NCBI GenBank assembly: GCA_014323925.1
Contig: JACONC010000002.1
Span: 58,571-122,570 of the forward strand
Length of the DNA: 64,000 bases
Origin: Chromatiales bacterium
GTDB taxonomy: Bacteria; Pseudomonadota; Gammaproteobacteria; Poriferisulfidales; Oxydemutatoraceae
Reading direction: 5' to 3'
The notes under the pieces are model-generated. The model saw only the letters and a program-made list of their open reading frames with translations. It did no database searches and was not told where the DNA came from. This document shows, piece after piece, positions 31,094 to 40,960 of the stretch. How positions within the stretch are numbered: the stretch's first letter is position 1; every line of letters starts with the position of its first letter. The position numbers and the translations under genes are program-made.

Positions 31094-32098
31094 ATGAACC
31101 ACTCTGGTAGTCAATCGTCAATGAGTTGGCAACGGCAATTGGGCAACGCCGTAACCGATATCACGACACTGCTCAAAGCACTGCAAATCAGTCCCGCACA
31201 AGCACACCTTGCAGGCATTGATAGTGAACCGCTATTCCCACTAAAAATACCATGGAGTTATTTATCTCGTATACAAAAAGGCTGCATTGACGACCCTTTG
31301 CTACGACAGGTGCTGGCATTGAAAAGTGAACATCTATCAACCGCCGATGAGACAGACGATCCAGTGGGAGATTTACCAGCGCGCCAATTAAGCGGGTTGA
31401 TTCATAAATATTATGGGCGCGTCCTGCTAACCGTCTCTGGTGCCTGTGCCATTCACTGCCGTTATTGCTTTCGTAAAAACTTTCCTTATAACAAAAATAC
31501 TCTAACAAATAACCTAGTGCCAATATACGAATATATAAAGCAACGACCGGAAATATCAGAAGTGATTCTCAGCGGTGGCGATCCCTTAACTTATAGCAAT
31601 AATAAATTGTTTGCACTCTGTGAGCAATTAGAGAGCATCGCGCATATTAGCAGGATACGCATACACACACGCCTGCCTATAGTGGTGCCGGCGCGAGTTG
31701 ACAAGCAGCTAAACGAATGGTTAAAACAACGACCCAAACACTATGTTATCGTCTTCCACATTAATCACCCTAAGGAAATAAACGATGAGGTTGAAGTAGC
31801 AACGGCGAAGCTACGCCATTTGTGTCTGCTCAATCAGTCCGTGCTGTTGCGCAGCGTCAACGACCAAGCTGCAATCTTAAAAGAACTAAGCATCCGCTGT
31901 TTTCAGGTAGGCATTTTGCCTTATTATTTGCATTTGCTAGATCCCGTCAGTGGCAGTTCTCACTTTAATGTGCCGCGTAGAGAAGCCATTAACATAATGA
32001 AAAAACTACACGCTGAATTGCCCGGCTATTTAGTACCAAGACTAGTCAAAGAATATCCGCGCGAAGCATCTAAAACACCCATCGCAATTAGATTTTAG
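31094..32098 (+). CDS. epmB: EF-P beta-lysylation protein EpmB (lysine 2,3-aminomutase-like radical SAM)
   Basis: Radical-SAM CAIHCRYCFRK motif, ~334 aa KamA-like. Confidence 0.8.
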   Translation: MNHSGSQSSMSWQRQLGNAVTDITTLLKALQISPAQAHLAGIDSEPLFPLKIPWSYLSRIQKGCIDDPLLRQVLALKSEHLSTADETDDPVGDLPARQLSGLIHKYYGRVLLTVSGACAIHCRYCFRKNFPYNKNTLTNNLVPIYEYIKQRPEISEVILSGGDPLTYSNNKLFALCEQLESIAHISRIRIHTRLPIVVPARVDKQLNEWLKQRPKHYVIVFHINHPKEINDEVEVATAKLRHLCLLNQSVLLRSVNDQAAILKELSIRCFQVGILPYYLHLLDPVSGSSHFNVPRREAINIMKKLHAELPGYLVPRLVKEYPREASKTPIAIRF

Positions 32099-32157
32099 CT
32101 GGGAGACCGCTGAGATGTGGTGTCTTTGAGTAAGGCTTTAATGCGTGGAATATTGGC

Positions 32158-32178
32158 AATGCCTCATTATCAGGCATT
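32158..32178. terminator. Putative bidirectional hairpin between convergent epmB and R-M gene
   Basis: AATGCCT-cattatc-AGGCATT followed by T/A-rich run. Confidence 0.35.
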
Positions 32179-32269
32179 ATTGAAATGTTTATATCATCTA
32201 GTATTGTTGCGCTTAGCTTCCTTGCGGTAATGCTTCTGCTTTGCTCGCTGTCAAAACTAAAGCTTTTCC

Positions 32270-35200
32270 TCATCCAAATTCGTTGTAACCCAGTCCTCTC
32301 ACATAAGGTTCCTTATGAAGTAAATCGCGTAGTTCGGCAAGCCCATCCTTGTCCCATTCCAATGCGTCAGCCACCGCCTCGTCCCATAGGCGACGCACTT
32401 CGCACTCGCCGTCTCGATATTGTGGCACCTCGATGTCGGCAGTTTGTTGCCAGCAATCGGCAAGGATAGTGCATATGCGTTTATCGCTGAGAGCGGGACA
32501 TCTGATATCCTTCCAAACAGCAGGGTTGTATATCGGAAATGTTAGCATTTGAGACCGCTTACCCAGTAACTGCAACCGCCCAAGAGTTGAATTAAGGAAT
32601 ACGGCGACAGCCTTTGCTTGTATCAATGACAAACCGCGCACTGGTTGCCAACCTAAACCGACATATTTTTTATCGCTCACCACTGCGGTCAACCGAGCAG
32701 TACTGATGTTTTGACCAGCTGTGACTAGCAAGTTTTCTGCCTTCTCTAGAAGTCTTGCAGTTTCGGCATGGTCTTGTTTTTTATGTATCCAATATTGATC
32801 AGGTTTCGCTGTAATGCACTTCTGAGCATCCTCGCCCTTCGATTTAAGGATAGGAAATCCACTGTTGATTTCAGTCTCCGTGAAGTGAACTGATAGTGTT
32901 GGCGCTGTTGAGGACGAGCTTGCGCCTTGATCCATCAAGCGCATTAATGCTTCTTTGGTAGCTATCTCCGCAGTAGCTTTGGCAAGAATCGGTGAGCGAA
33001 AAGCCGCAGCTATCCAGTTGCCTGCTTCCATGTATTCGGCAGGCCATTCGGAAACTTCCCCCCAACCATATGGGATGAGACCTTCTACAAGACCGTCAAG
33101 ACAGCTGTGCAGATCGGCAGCTGATGATTCATCAAGTGGCAATTTATCAAGGTTGATAATTCGTGTAGGTGGCACTGAGTCCTCACCTGAATGTCGTTTG
33201 GCAATAATGATGCTTTCGTTGATTTTAGTATTCTGGCTCAGATTAGGTTGGCTTGGCTGGTGGCTGGTAAGCAATGTGTGGATATGAAAGCGTTTCGCTA
33301 ATAAAATGCGTTCCTGCGCTGCCGCCACACCTGTTAGGACTATGGTAGGTCTGATCATTGCCAATGTCCCATCCTTCGAATCAAGGCATCGTTCTGCCAA
33401 CGCAACAAACATGGGACCGATAGATCTTCTGGATACAAAATCCTCCATCTCAGGATCAGACGACACCAAACCATCCTCAAACGAATCTACCCGTTCCCGC
33501 ATTCTTTCGCGAGTTTCCATCGGATATTTCTCACCCATTTTGGTGCGTTCAGTAAATGGCGGGTTCATCATAATAACACGAGCACCCAAAGCGGCTTTGG
33601 TTCCATCCACAAGGGCTGGATTGGTTCCATCCACAAGAGCCGGAGCAGTCTCCCTCATTTCCAACTGCTCTGATACAGCATCCGATTGATGTAAGTCCAG
33701 CTCGTCAGGTCTGGGAACAATCTTACGCTGCCCAAGTAATTCAAGCGAACCTACTTTTACTTGATCATCCTCAGGACCATAAGGCATTCTATACAAGCCC
33801 ATGTTTCTATAAGGCACATTGACATTACCCGCTGTCAGCTGGGCTGCAGCCAGTTGTAGCGAAACAATATTAATGTCCAGCCCGCAAAGTGTTTCCTCTA
33901 CAGCCAATTTTTGTAGTTCTGCCAGTTGCTGTGTGCTGGCACCTCTTTCCTGTGCTCGACGCTTCATTTCTGTTAATGATGCGGCGAGCAATGTCCCTGA
34001 ACCGCACGCCAAATCGGTGATTTTATTTGCCTGCCAAGTATTGGGAGTTGTCCAGTCTGCCTTGCTTGCCACTACATCTAAAGTAAGCCGTGCAAGTAGT
34101 GAGGCAGATTCTGGCCGGGTAAAAAAAGCGCCGTCCGATGTCTGGTTGCCCATAATTTTATTGAACAATTCACCGGCATAATCGGCACCCATCTCGGCAT
34201 AGTCCTCAGCCAAGCGTTGTGCTTCACCGGCGATGTGCCGCACTGCTTTGTTTAGCCCTGATTTTCTTCCGGTATCCTGTATTTTTTCAATGATTTCGAT
34301 GGCAGGTTCAATCACAGGGAGAAAATCGTGGCGAGTAATCTTGTTCCACTGACGATGGACTTGGTCGGCAGCGTCTGGATGACTCTTGATGTTATCAAGT
34401 CCGTCAACGCCATCCAACCACCTGCCGGCAGCAATCCGATGATGTAGCATGGCGGCATTCATCAAAAGTAAAGCCGCAATGGTGCAACCATCGGCACGAT
34501 CTTTGCCGATCTGCTGATCCAAACCAAAATAGTTATTCAGTTCTCCGTCAAGTTCTTCTTCTTTCAAGCAGTGTTTCGCTTCCCTGATAGCTTCCTCGAT
34601 AGTATTGACGCTTCGCTTTGCCTTATTTCGACAAAGCCCGGACTTTTCTAACAGATTAACGAAAATTCCCATATCATCGGCTTTAGACTGCTGTAGCAGG
34701 TTCAAAGTTTGTTGTTCTTTGAGTGCGGCTCTTTCCTCTGCGGTTTTACGATGGCGCGGGATTTTGCGCCCAGTTTTGCCATTGAGCATATCTTTGGCTG
34801 TTTTTTTGGTCTTTTTTATATTGATCGGTCCTGGCGTACCGTCCGCTCTAGGCCGGTCTCTTTCAATCCCTTGTTCGCGTATTTCAATGCTTCCGTCTGA
34901 GTTTTTCTTTCCACTGACTATACGGTTGGGTTCAATGCATTGCTGCAGCGGGTGAACTGTATGCTCGTCTGCTTTGTCAGTGTCGTTTTCAGAATCGTGC
35001 AGGGTCTCGCTGAGTGGTTCGAACACATCTTTGCGCTGCTCCTTCCCGTTCAGCGTATTTTCAACATGCGTCTCCACAGTCCCAGGCTTGCCTGTATGCA
35101 TGTGGTAGGAGGCTCTGCCGTGTTCAATTCCGAGGGCTACCACAGTAGACTCATCTTCGACAGTCCTCGGCGGAAGATAGATTTTCATTAGATCGCTGAG

Positions 35201-37210
35201 TTCATCCTCAATGCGCGAGTCATGGGCGCGCAACGCTCTCAATATTTGACCCAATGCTTGCCATCCATCTTCAGGAGAGCTGTTCGCGAGCCAACTCTCT
35301 GCATCAGTGTTTCGAGGGATTAGAATAGGGCAGAGGACATAGCCTAGTTGTTTCTCTTCGGCGCGACGCATAACCCGTCCTACTGCCTGAATCACTTCCA
35401 CCGGAGATTTGCGTGGTTCAAGGAAACCCACTGCCGAGAGCGAGGGCGCATCTGTTCCTTCGCCGAAAATGCCGACATTGAGGATACCTTGTGGCACCGC
35501 CTCTGTCGCCTTGACAAGTTGCGCTATGGCTTGTTCGCGCTTCTCTACATTGCTTTTGGCATCAAGGTGCTGCAAGTGATATTTATTGACTCCTTCGCAC
35601 ACGCCATCCTCTGCTAGTCGGTGCCCCACCCATTGACGCACAGTAGCAGATTGGAGTGCCTCAGTCATTTTTTTTGACCTATCAACCGTATTCATAAAGT
35701 TGATAGACGAACGGATGTTATGTCCGTTTTTGCGGGTGCCTCCGCCCATAACCAAAGCAAGAACCAGTCCGCGCAAGAACTGCGAAGTGGACAGACCTTT
35801 GGTATCTGTCGCCAGTTGGTTAGCAGTCTTATAGGCTTCTTCATCATTAACGCCGAGGGCAATGATACGATAATCTGAAAGCCAACCGTTATTTACCGCG
35901 TCACGATAGTCTTTTCTATAAATCTCTGGTCCGAAAATATCCTCGTCGTCCATGCTACGAGTAATCCATTCCCTGTTGTTTACCCTCCACTCAGCGTTGC
36001 GTTGCCTTTCAGTTTTATAAACCTTTGGGGTTGCCGTTTGATAAATCCGGTATTTTGCACGGAAACGAAGCTGGTTGTGACAAACAGTGAAATCGCGTAG
36101 TTGCCCTTCTTTCCCTTTAACACGCCGAATCCCTGCTGTTCGGTGTGCTTCATCGGCTACCATTACAGTAATCGTTTTACTACTTGATTGCAGCGCATCG
36201 GCAATTTTATGGCTGGACTGATAAGTGCCGAAGATAACACCAATGCTATCCTGTGGCACTGCATCCATCCACCGCACTATTTCGGCGGGGTCTGTGGTAA
36301 CGCTACCTTTGATGCCACGGGTGCTTGCTTGACTCAAATCCGCCGTTTGGTCTTTTGACAAATCGCTGCTTTGTGCTGCGGTTTGGTCAGAACACACTGC
36401 CAACGCCATCAGCTGTTTGGAGCTGTTGACGAGAAATTCGCGGCGTAATTGAGCAACCAGCGCAATGGATGGGCAGAGGATTGCCGAGATTTCTCCTGCT
36501 TCGGTTAGTGTTTCTATTATCCGCAGCGCGATACGCGACTTGCCAGTTCCGCATGGGAGAATGATCTTGCCCCTGGCATCCCCTTTTCCGCTATTTGCCT
36601 GCGCCTTAAGCTTTCCCACCGCTATCTCGACAGCCTCCTGCTGCATAGCATCCCGCGTCTGTTTGCTGTCTACCTCTTCACGGGGCACTTGATCTTCGTC
36701 AATGTTGCTACTGGTAGCGTCAAGGTGTTTCCTGATATCTGAATGTAAATTGACCTGCTTGACATTGTTCTCACAGAGCACCTTATCGGCGTTTGAGCTA
36801 GTACCAACGGCGCCATTAACGACTAACCAGAGCTCTTCCCAATCTTCAGTGCGGATCGTTGATTCGGCAATAAAGCTGTTAATTTCGCGCCTGTTTATCG
36901 GATTACCTTCGCCATTATCACCTAGCTGCCTGGACTTGCATTGAATGGCTATGTGCTTGCCGTCGTGCCGCTTGGCAACCACATCAATACCGCAATCTCG
37001 GTATTCCTTACCTGGCCAATCATCCCACTTCCAGGCTTCGCAGACATCCCATTCGGCGATAAGGGGGGCACAATCAGCAGTCAATTGCTCCAACCATTTC
37101 CCATCTGTCTGCTGGCTTGACATTTCTTCAATTGTAACCAACGCCTCTCTTAGTCTATTCAAGTCGTTGGTATCGTTATTGTCGGGTACGCGCTCTGTGT
37201 TTGGCATCAT
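32270..37210 (-). CDS. Single-polypeptide Type ISP-like restriction-modification enzyme (Mrr-like nuclease + SF2 helicase + gamma-class N6-adenine MTase + TRD)
   Basis: N-terminal PD-(D/E)xK Mrr-like (GIDVVAK...IAIQCK); helicase motifs I PCGTGKSR, II VADEAHR, VI QAVGRVMRR; MTase motif I DLACGSGTLL then motif IV NPPF; 1646 aa. Confidence 0.7.
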   Translation of the reverse strand: MMPNTERVPDNNDTNDLNRLREALVTIEEMSSQQTDGKWLEQLTADCAPLIAEWDVCEAWKWDDWPGKEYRDCGIDVVAKRHDGKHIAIQCKSRQLGDNGEGNPINRREINSFIAESTIRTEDWEELWLVVNGAVGTSSNADKVLCENNVKQVNLHSDIRKHLDATSSNIDEDQVPREEVDSKQTRDAMQQEAVEIAVGKLKAQANSGKGDARGKIILPCGTGKSRIALRIIETLTEAGEISAILCPSIALVAQLRREFLVNSSKQLMALAVCSDQTAAQSSDLSKDQTADLSQASTRGIKGSVTTDPAEIVRWMDAVPQDSIGVIFGTYQSSHKIADALQSSSKTITVMVADEAHRTAGIRRVKGKEGQLRDFTVCHNQLRFRAKYRIYQTATPKVYKTERQRNAEWRVNNREWITRSMDDEDIFGPEIYRKDYRDAVNNGWLSDYRIIALGVNDEEAYKTANQLATDTKGLSTSQFLRGLVLALVMGGGTRKNGHNIRSSINFMNTVDRSKKMTEALQSATVRQWVGHRLAEDGVCEGVNKYHLQHLDAKSNVEKREQAIAQLVKATEAVPQGILNVGIFGEGTDAPSLSAVGFLEPRKSPVEVIQAVGRVMRRAEEKQLGYVLCPILIPRNTDAESWLANSSPEDGWQALGQILRALRAHDSRIEDELSDLMKIYLPPRTVEDESTVVALGIEHGRASYHMHTGKPGTVETHVENTLNGKEQRKDVFEPLSETLHDSENDTDKADEHTVHPLQQCIEPNRIVSGKKNSDGSIEIREQGIERDRPRADGTPGPINIKKTKKTAKDMLNGKTGRKIPRHRKTAEERAALKEQQTLNLLQQSKADDMGIFVNLLEKSGLCRNKAKRSVNTIEEAIREAKHCLKEEELDGELNNYFGLDQQIGKDRADGCTIAALLLMNAAMLHHRIAAGRWLDGVDGLDNIKSHPDAADQVHRQWNKITRHDFLPVIEPAIEIIEKIQDTGRKSGLNKAVRHIAGEAQRLAEDYAEMGADYAGELFNKIMGNQTSDGAFFTRPESASLLARLTLDVVASKADWTTPNTWQANKITDLACGSGTLLAASLTEMKRRAQERGASTQQLAELQKLAVEETLCGLDINIVSLQLAAAQLTAGNVNVPYRNMGLYRMPYGPEDDQVKVGSLELLGQRKIVPRPDELDLHQSDAVSEQLEMRETAPALVDGTNPALVDGTKAALGARVIMMNPPFTERTKMGEKYPMETRERMRERVDSFEDGLVSSDPEMEDFVSRRSIGPMFVALAERCLDSKDGTLAMIRPTIVLTGVAAAQERILLAKRFHIHTLLTSHQPSQPNLSQNTKINESIIIAKRHSGEDSVPPTRIINLDKLPLDESSAADLHSCLDGLVEGLIPYGWGEVSEWPAEYMEAGNWIAAAFRSPILAKATAEIATKEALMRLMDQGASSSSTAPTLSVHFTETEINSGFPILKSKGEDAQKCITAKPDQYWIHKKQDHAETARLLEKAENLLVTAGQNISTARLTAVVSDKKYVGLGWQPVRGLSLIQAKAVAVFLNSTLGRLQLLGKRSQMLTFPIYNPAVWKDIRCPALSDKRICTILADCWQQTADIEVPQYRDGECEVRRLWDEAVADALEWDKDGLAELRDLLHKEPYVRGLGYNEFG
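33597..33644 (-). repeat. In-frame 24-bp tandem duplication inside R-M gene (encodes PALVDGTN/PALVDGTK)
   Basis: TTGGTTCCATCCACAAGGGCTGGA / TTGGTTCCATCCACAAGAGCCGGA adjacent copies, 2 mismatches, ~10 codons upstream of NPPF motif. Confidence 0.85.
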
Positions 37211-37747
37211 CAGTTAAAATATCGGAAGTTGATAGCAAGGACGATTCAGTGCATTCTATACGCTTCCAAGCAAATTGAGTAACGACGACCGCTTGGCGGT
37301 ATGACACAATTATCGCTGCAAATATTATTTACTTGGAAACTGTCAACTATTTTGTTAACTTTGTAGGTATAGCTTGTATTGTTATCGTTTCTGTATAGCG
37401 AAATATGGGGGTGTTTTTACTTAGTTAGATTATTTAATAATCGAATTTGTAAACATACCATGGCCCCGTTGCATCTGGGCCGCCAGGTGCTTCTCCGCAA
37501 CGAAATTTTCTTTTAGCTTGATCCTCTTTCTCTCTTCTTTCGGGGTTTGTTGTGATACCTACTTGACATGCCATAATTTATATCTCCTAAATTTAGTTTA
37601 TCGTGTTTTTTTTATTACAATCATATCATAAAAACTTTATCATCAATGCGATTGCCGCACAATCGCTTCGTCGGGTGGAACGCCTAGCTTCCGTCAATGC
37701 ATTGTATAAAGCTATCTCTGACATTTTTGTTTATTCCTTGTACTTTT

Positions 37748-39247
37748 TTATAGTATTTTGCTGCTCCAAAAATACACCACCAAAGTCATTATAACGATAG
37801 CGCAAATATTAATAATCAGACCTGCTTTCACCATGTCTTTAATTTTTAGATAACCAGATCCTAAAACGATGGCGTTGGGTGCGGTGGCAATCGGCATCAT
37901 AAAGGCGCAGCTAGCACTCATTGTGGCTGCGGTAATTGCTGCTATCGGATCAATACCTGCGTTCATCGCCAGAGCAGAGATGATTGGCACCAGTGTTGCG
38001 GTCGTGGCAGTGTTGGAAGTAACTTCAGTTAGCAAAACAACCAAAGCAACGATAGCTAATATAATAAAAATAATAGGCAACTCCGATAACACGGTAAGTT
38101 GCCCACCGATAATAGTGTCTACCCCATAAGTCTTGATAGCTTGTGCTAATGCCAACCCGCCACCGAATAAGAAAATAATATGCCAGGGTAACTTTTTCGC
38201 AGTATCCCAGTCCAATGTTGGTTGTCGTTTACTCGCCGGTATCACGAATAGCAAGACCACCGCCAACAGTGCAATGCCAGAGTCCGACAGACCAGTAAAA
38301 GGCCTGACTATGCCGCTATCAGTCGTAAAACTCAGTGCTTCTAGACGAGTTCTACTCAGCCATAAAACTATCGTTAGCGCAAACACTGCTATAGTAATTT
38401 TACCGCCGCGTTCTAGTGGTGGTAGTTGAGTATATTGTCTGCGCAGTAGTTCTTTGCCACCCAATATCGTCTGATTAGAAATCGGGAAAATAAACTTTGT
38501 CAATAACAGCCAAGTGAGTGGAAGTAGCACCAATACTGCAGGCAACACTGCGCTGCTCCAAGCCAAAAAACTTATCTCGTACGCTAATATATCTTCGGCA
38601 AAGCCGACCGTAAAAGCATTCGGAGGAGTGCCTACTATCGTCGCAATACCACCTATATTACATGCATAAGCAATCCCCAACATCAGCACTATGGCAAAGT
38701 TTCTCTGCATATTCTCGCCACCAGCCTGTGATTGCTTATTCAGAAGTGTAATGATAGTTAATCCAATAGGCAACATCATCGCCGCCGTTGCTGTATTAGA
38801 AATAAAGGCACTCAACCCAGCGCACAACAGCATAAATCCTAAAATCAGCTTTCTAGGTTGGCTACCTATATTAGATAAAATCAATAGCGCAATGCGTTTG
38901 TCAACACCCCACTTCTGCAGTGATAAGCCTATTATAAAGCCGCCTAATAGTAGGAATATCACTGGTGAACTATAAGCCTGAGCAACCGTTTTAATGCTGC
39001 TGGGCGTTAATAGTGGGAATAGCAGTAACGGAAGCAACCCGACGACGGCGATAGAAATCGCTTCAAAAAGCCACCATACAACCATCCATATCAATATCGC
39101 AATAATTATCTTAGCGGAGTCGCTAAAAACCAACTGCTCATTATGTACATCACTATAAATATCAGGTAGCAACAAGTAGACTACTACAGCTAACAGCGGC
39201 CCTAGCACCAAAGCTTTGAGCTTACGCGGGTTAACTAAATCGCTCAC
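37748..39247 (-). CDS. DASS/SLC13-family anion:Na+ symporter
   Basis: ~13 predicted TM segments and two hairpin-tip SNT motifs (FISNTATAAM; VTSNTATTATL) diagnostic of DASS fold. Confidence 0.75.
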   Translation of the reverse strand: MSDLVNPRKLKALVLGPLLAVVVYLLLPDIYSDVHNEQLVFSDSAKIIIAILIWMVVWWLFEAISIAVVGLLPLLLFPLLTPSSIKTVAQAYSSPVIFLLLGGFIIGLSLQKWGVDKRIALLILSNIGSQPRKLILGFMLLCAGLSAFISNTATAAMMLPIGLTIITLLNKQSQAGGENMQRNFAIVLMLGIAYACNIGGIATIVGTPPNAFTVGFAEDILAYEISFLAWSSAVLPAVLVLLPLTWLLLTKFIFPISNQTILGGKELLRRQYTQLPPLERGGKITIAVFALTIVLWLSRTRLEALSFTTDSGIVRPFTGLSDSGIALLAVVLLFVIPASKRQPTLDWDTAKKLPWHIIFLFGGGLALAQAIKTYGVDTIIGGQLTVLSELPIIFIILAIVALVVLLTEVTSNTATTATLVPIISALAMNAGIDPIAAITAATMSASCAFMMPIATAPNAIVLGSGYLKIKDMVKAGLIINICAIVIMTLVVYFWSSKIL

Positions 39248-39254
39248 AACGAGT

Positions 39255-40142
39255 TTATAGTTCTATATTTTTGAGGGCTGATATCCTATCTTCTATGGGT
39301 GGATGGCTACTGAACAAACGGCGTGATAAAGACCTGCCGACACTGCCGGAAATACCGAAAGCTGCCATCTCCTTAGGCAAGTCTTTTTCTTCGCTTTTAG
39401 CTTGTAGTCGTTGCAACGCAGCAATCATTTTATCGCGCCCAGCTAACACAGCACCGCCATAATCGGCACGAAATTCACGCCGACGAGAAAACCACATAAC
39501 AACGATGCTTGCCAGCACACCCAGAACCATTTGGGCAAAAAGCACAGTCATAAAATAACCGATGCTATAGCCTCGCGATTTGAGTATCACCCGATCTACT
39601 ATGTGCCCTATAACACGCGAGAAAAAAATGACAAAAGTATTCAGCACTCCCTGTATTAGGGTTAAAGTCACCATATCGCCGTTCGCAATGTGGCTGACTT
39701 CGTGCCCCAGCACTGCCTCGACTTGATCAGCATCCATACTCATCAGCAAACCTTTGCTAACCGCAACCAAAGAATTGTTACGCGACATACCAGTTGCGAA
39801 CGCATTCGGTTGCATAGAATCAAAGATGCCAACCTCAGGCATGCCGATACCTGCTCTTTCGGCTTGCCCAGCGACGGTGTTCAGTAACCATTCTTCGTCT
39901 TGGTTGCTGGGCTGCTCAATAATTTTCACACCCATAGTCCGTTTGGCGATAGTTTTAGATAGTGCGAGTGAAATAAACGAGCCGGAAAACCCGAAAATGA
40001 GAGAGATAATTAGCAAACCAGTTATATTGAGATTGCTACCACTTTGATGTAGCCAATCTTCTATACCAAACAGCTGCAGAACGATGTTCAGTACGAACAA
40101 GATAGCTAGGTTGGTACCTACCAGTAATAGTATTCTTTGCAT
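39255..40142 (-). CDS. htpX: Membrane zinc metalloprotease HtpX
   Basis: HEVSHIANGD (HExxH), 4 TM layout, 295 aa. Confidence 0.9.
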   Translation of the reverse strand: MQRILLLVGTNLAILFVLNIVLQLFGIEDWLHQSGSNLNITGLLIISLIFGFSGSFISLALSKTIAKRTMGVKIIEQPSNQDEEWLLNTVAGQAERAGIGMPEVGIFDSMQPNAFATGMSRNNSLVAVSKGLLMSMDADQVEAVLGHEVSHIANGDMVTLTLIQGVLNTFVIFFSRVIGHIVDRVILKSRGYSIGYFMTVLFAQMVLGVLASIVVMWFSRRREFRADYGGAVLAGRDKMIAALQRLQAKSEEKDLPKEMAAFGISGSVGRSLSRRLFSSHPPIEDRISALKNIEL

Positions 40143-40452
40143 CTGTTTATCTTCTCACCAGTTTATTATACATATAACATCCCCGACAGAAATAGGGCGT
40201 AAGGGCAACCCTGCATTGCTAATATTCTGCACATGGCAACGGCGTTTGCTATCGTAGCATGTTGGGTATTATTGCCGCAGGTATGTATAACGATATTATA
40301 ACAATAGATAGTTCGCCTGGCGCAACAATTCCAACAAAAGGTCAAGCAAAATAGCACAGAAGATATAGTGCTACCTCTACAGAAAATTGACAATGATAGG
40401 CGATAGATTGTAAAATTAGAACTGAAATCAGCAGATAAGTTTTTATATCACA

Positions 40453-40938
40453 ATGAAAGACAATGAGTTTGTAAACTATTTTATGGCGATACTGGGTGTT
40501 CTAGTCGCAGTTGCTGCCATTATATTGGTGTTGGCTAATAGCTTAGCGGATAGTCAACAAACGATGGATATGGCAATGCTTGAACGTACTAAGGAGCGTA
40601 TCGCGCCTATAGGTCAAGTCAATATAGGAAGTGTCCCCGCGCAAAAAGCATCTATGTCGGCCACTGCTGGCAAGACGGATGCGGTAGCATTTAGTGCAGA
40701 AGGTGTTTATCAAGCGGTCTGCCATGCTTGCCATGGCACCGGCGTGTTGGAGTCACCGCGTCTAGACGATACCGAAGCATGGAAAACACGCATGGCAAAA
40801 GGCATAGACAATGTATACCAGATGGCAATAAACGGGATCGGCAATATGCCACCTAAAGGTGGGCGAACTGATCTATCAGATGCCAACTTCAAGCAGATCA
40901 TCGACTATATGTTAAAGCAAGCGGGAGTTTCTCCGTGA
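40453..40938 (+). CDS. Cytochrome c5-family monohaem cytochrome (membrane-anchored)
   Basis: N-terminal TM anchor, single CHACHG haem-binding site, Met ligand (GIGNMPPKGG). Confidence 0.7.
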   Translation: MKDNEFVNYFMAILGVLVAVAAIILVLANSLADSQQTMDMAMLERTKERIAPIGQVNIGSVPAQKASMSATAGKTDAVAFSAEGVYQAVCHACHGTGVLESPRLDDTEAWKTRMAKGIDNVYQMAINGIGNMPPKGGRTDLSDANFKQIIDYMLKQAGVSP

Positions 40939-40960
40939 TGGCTTCCTCAGCATATTATTC

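Noticed and set aside
37434-37574. Minus-strand ATG with a perfect AGGAGA Shine-Dalgarno 8 nt upstream, in the long intergenic region upstream of the Type ISP gene
   Set aside because: On careful re-reading the frame stops after 20 codons (MACQVRYHNKPRKKRERGSS). That is too short to call and has no recognisable leader-peptide context. It is kept only as a possible regulatory sORF.
40166-40393. 75-aa ORF between htpX and cytochrome c5
   Set aside because: Cys-rich, lacks an RBS, and lies in a promoter region between divergent genes. Likely spurious.
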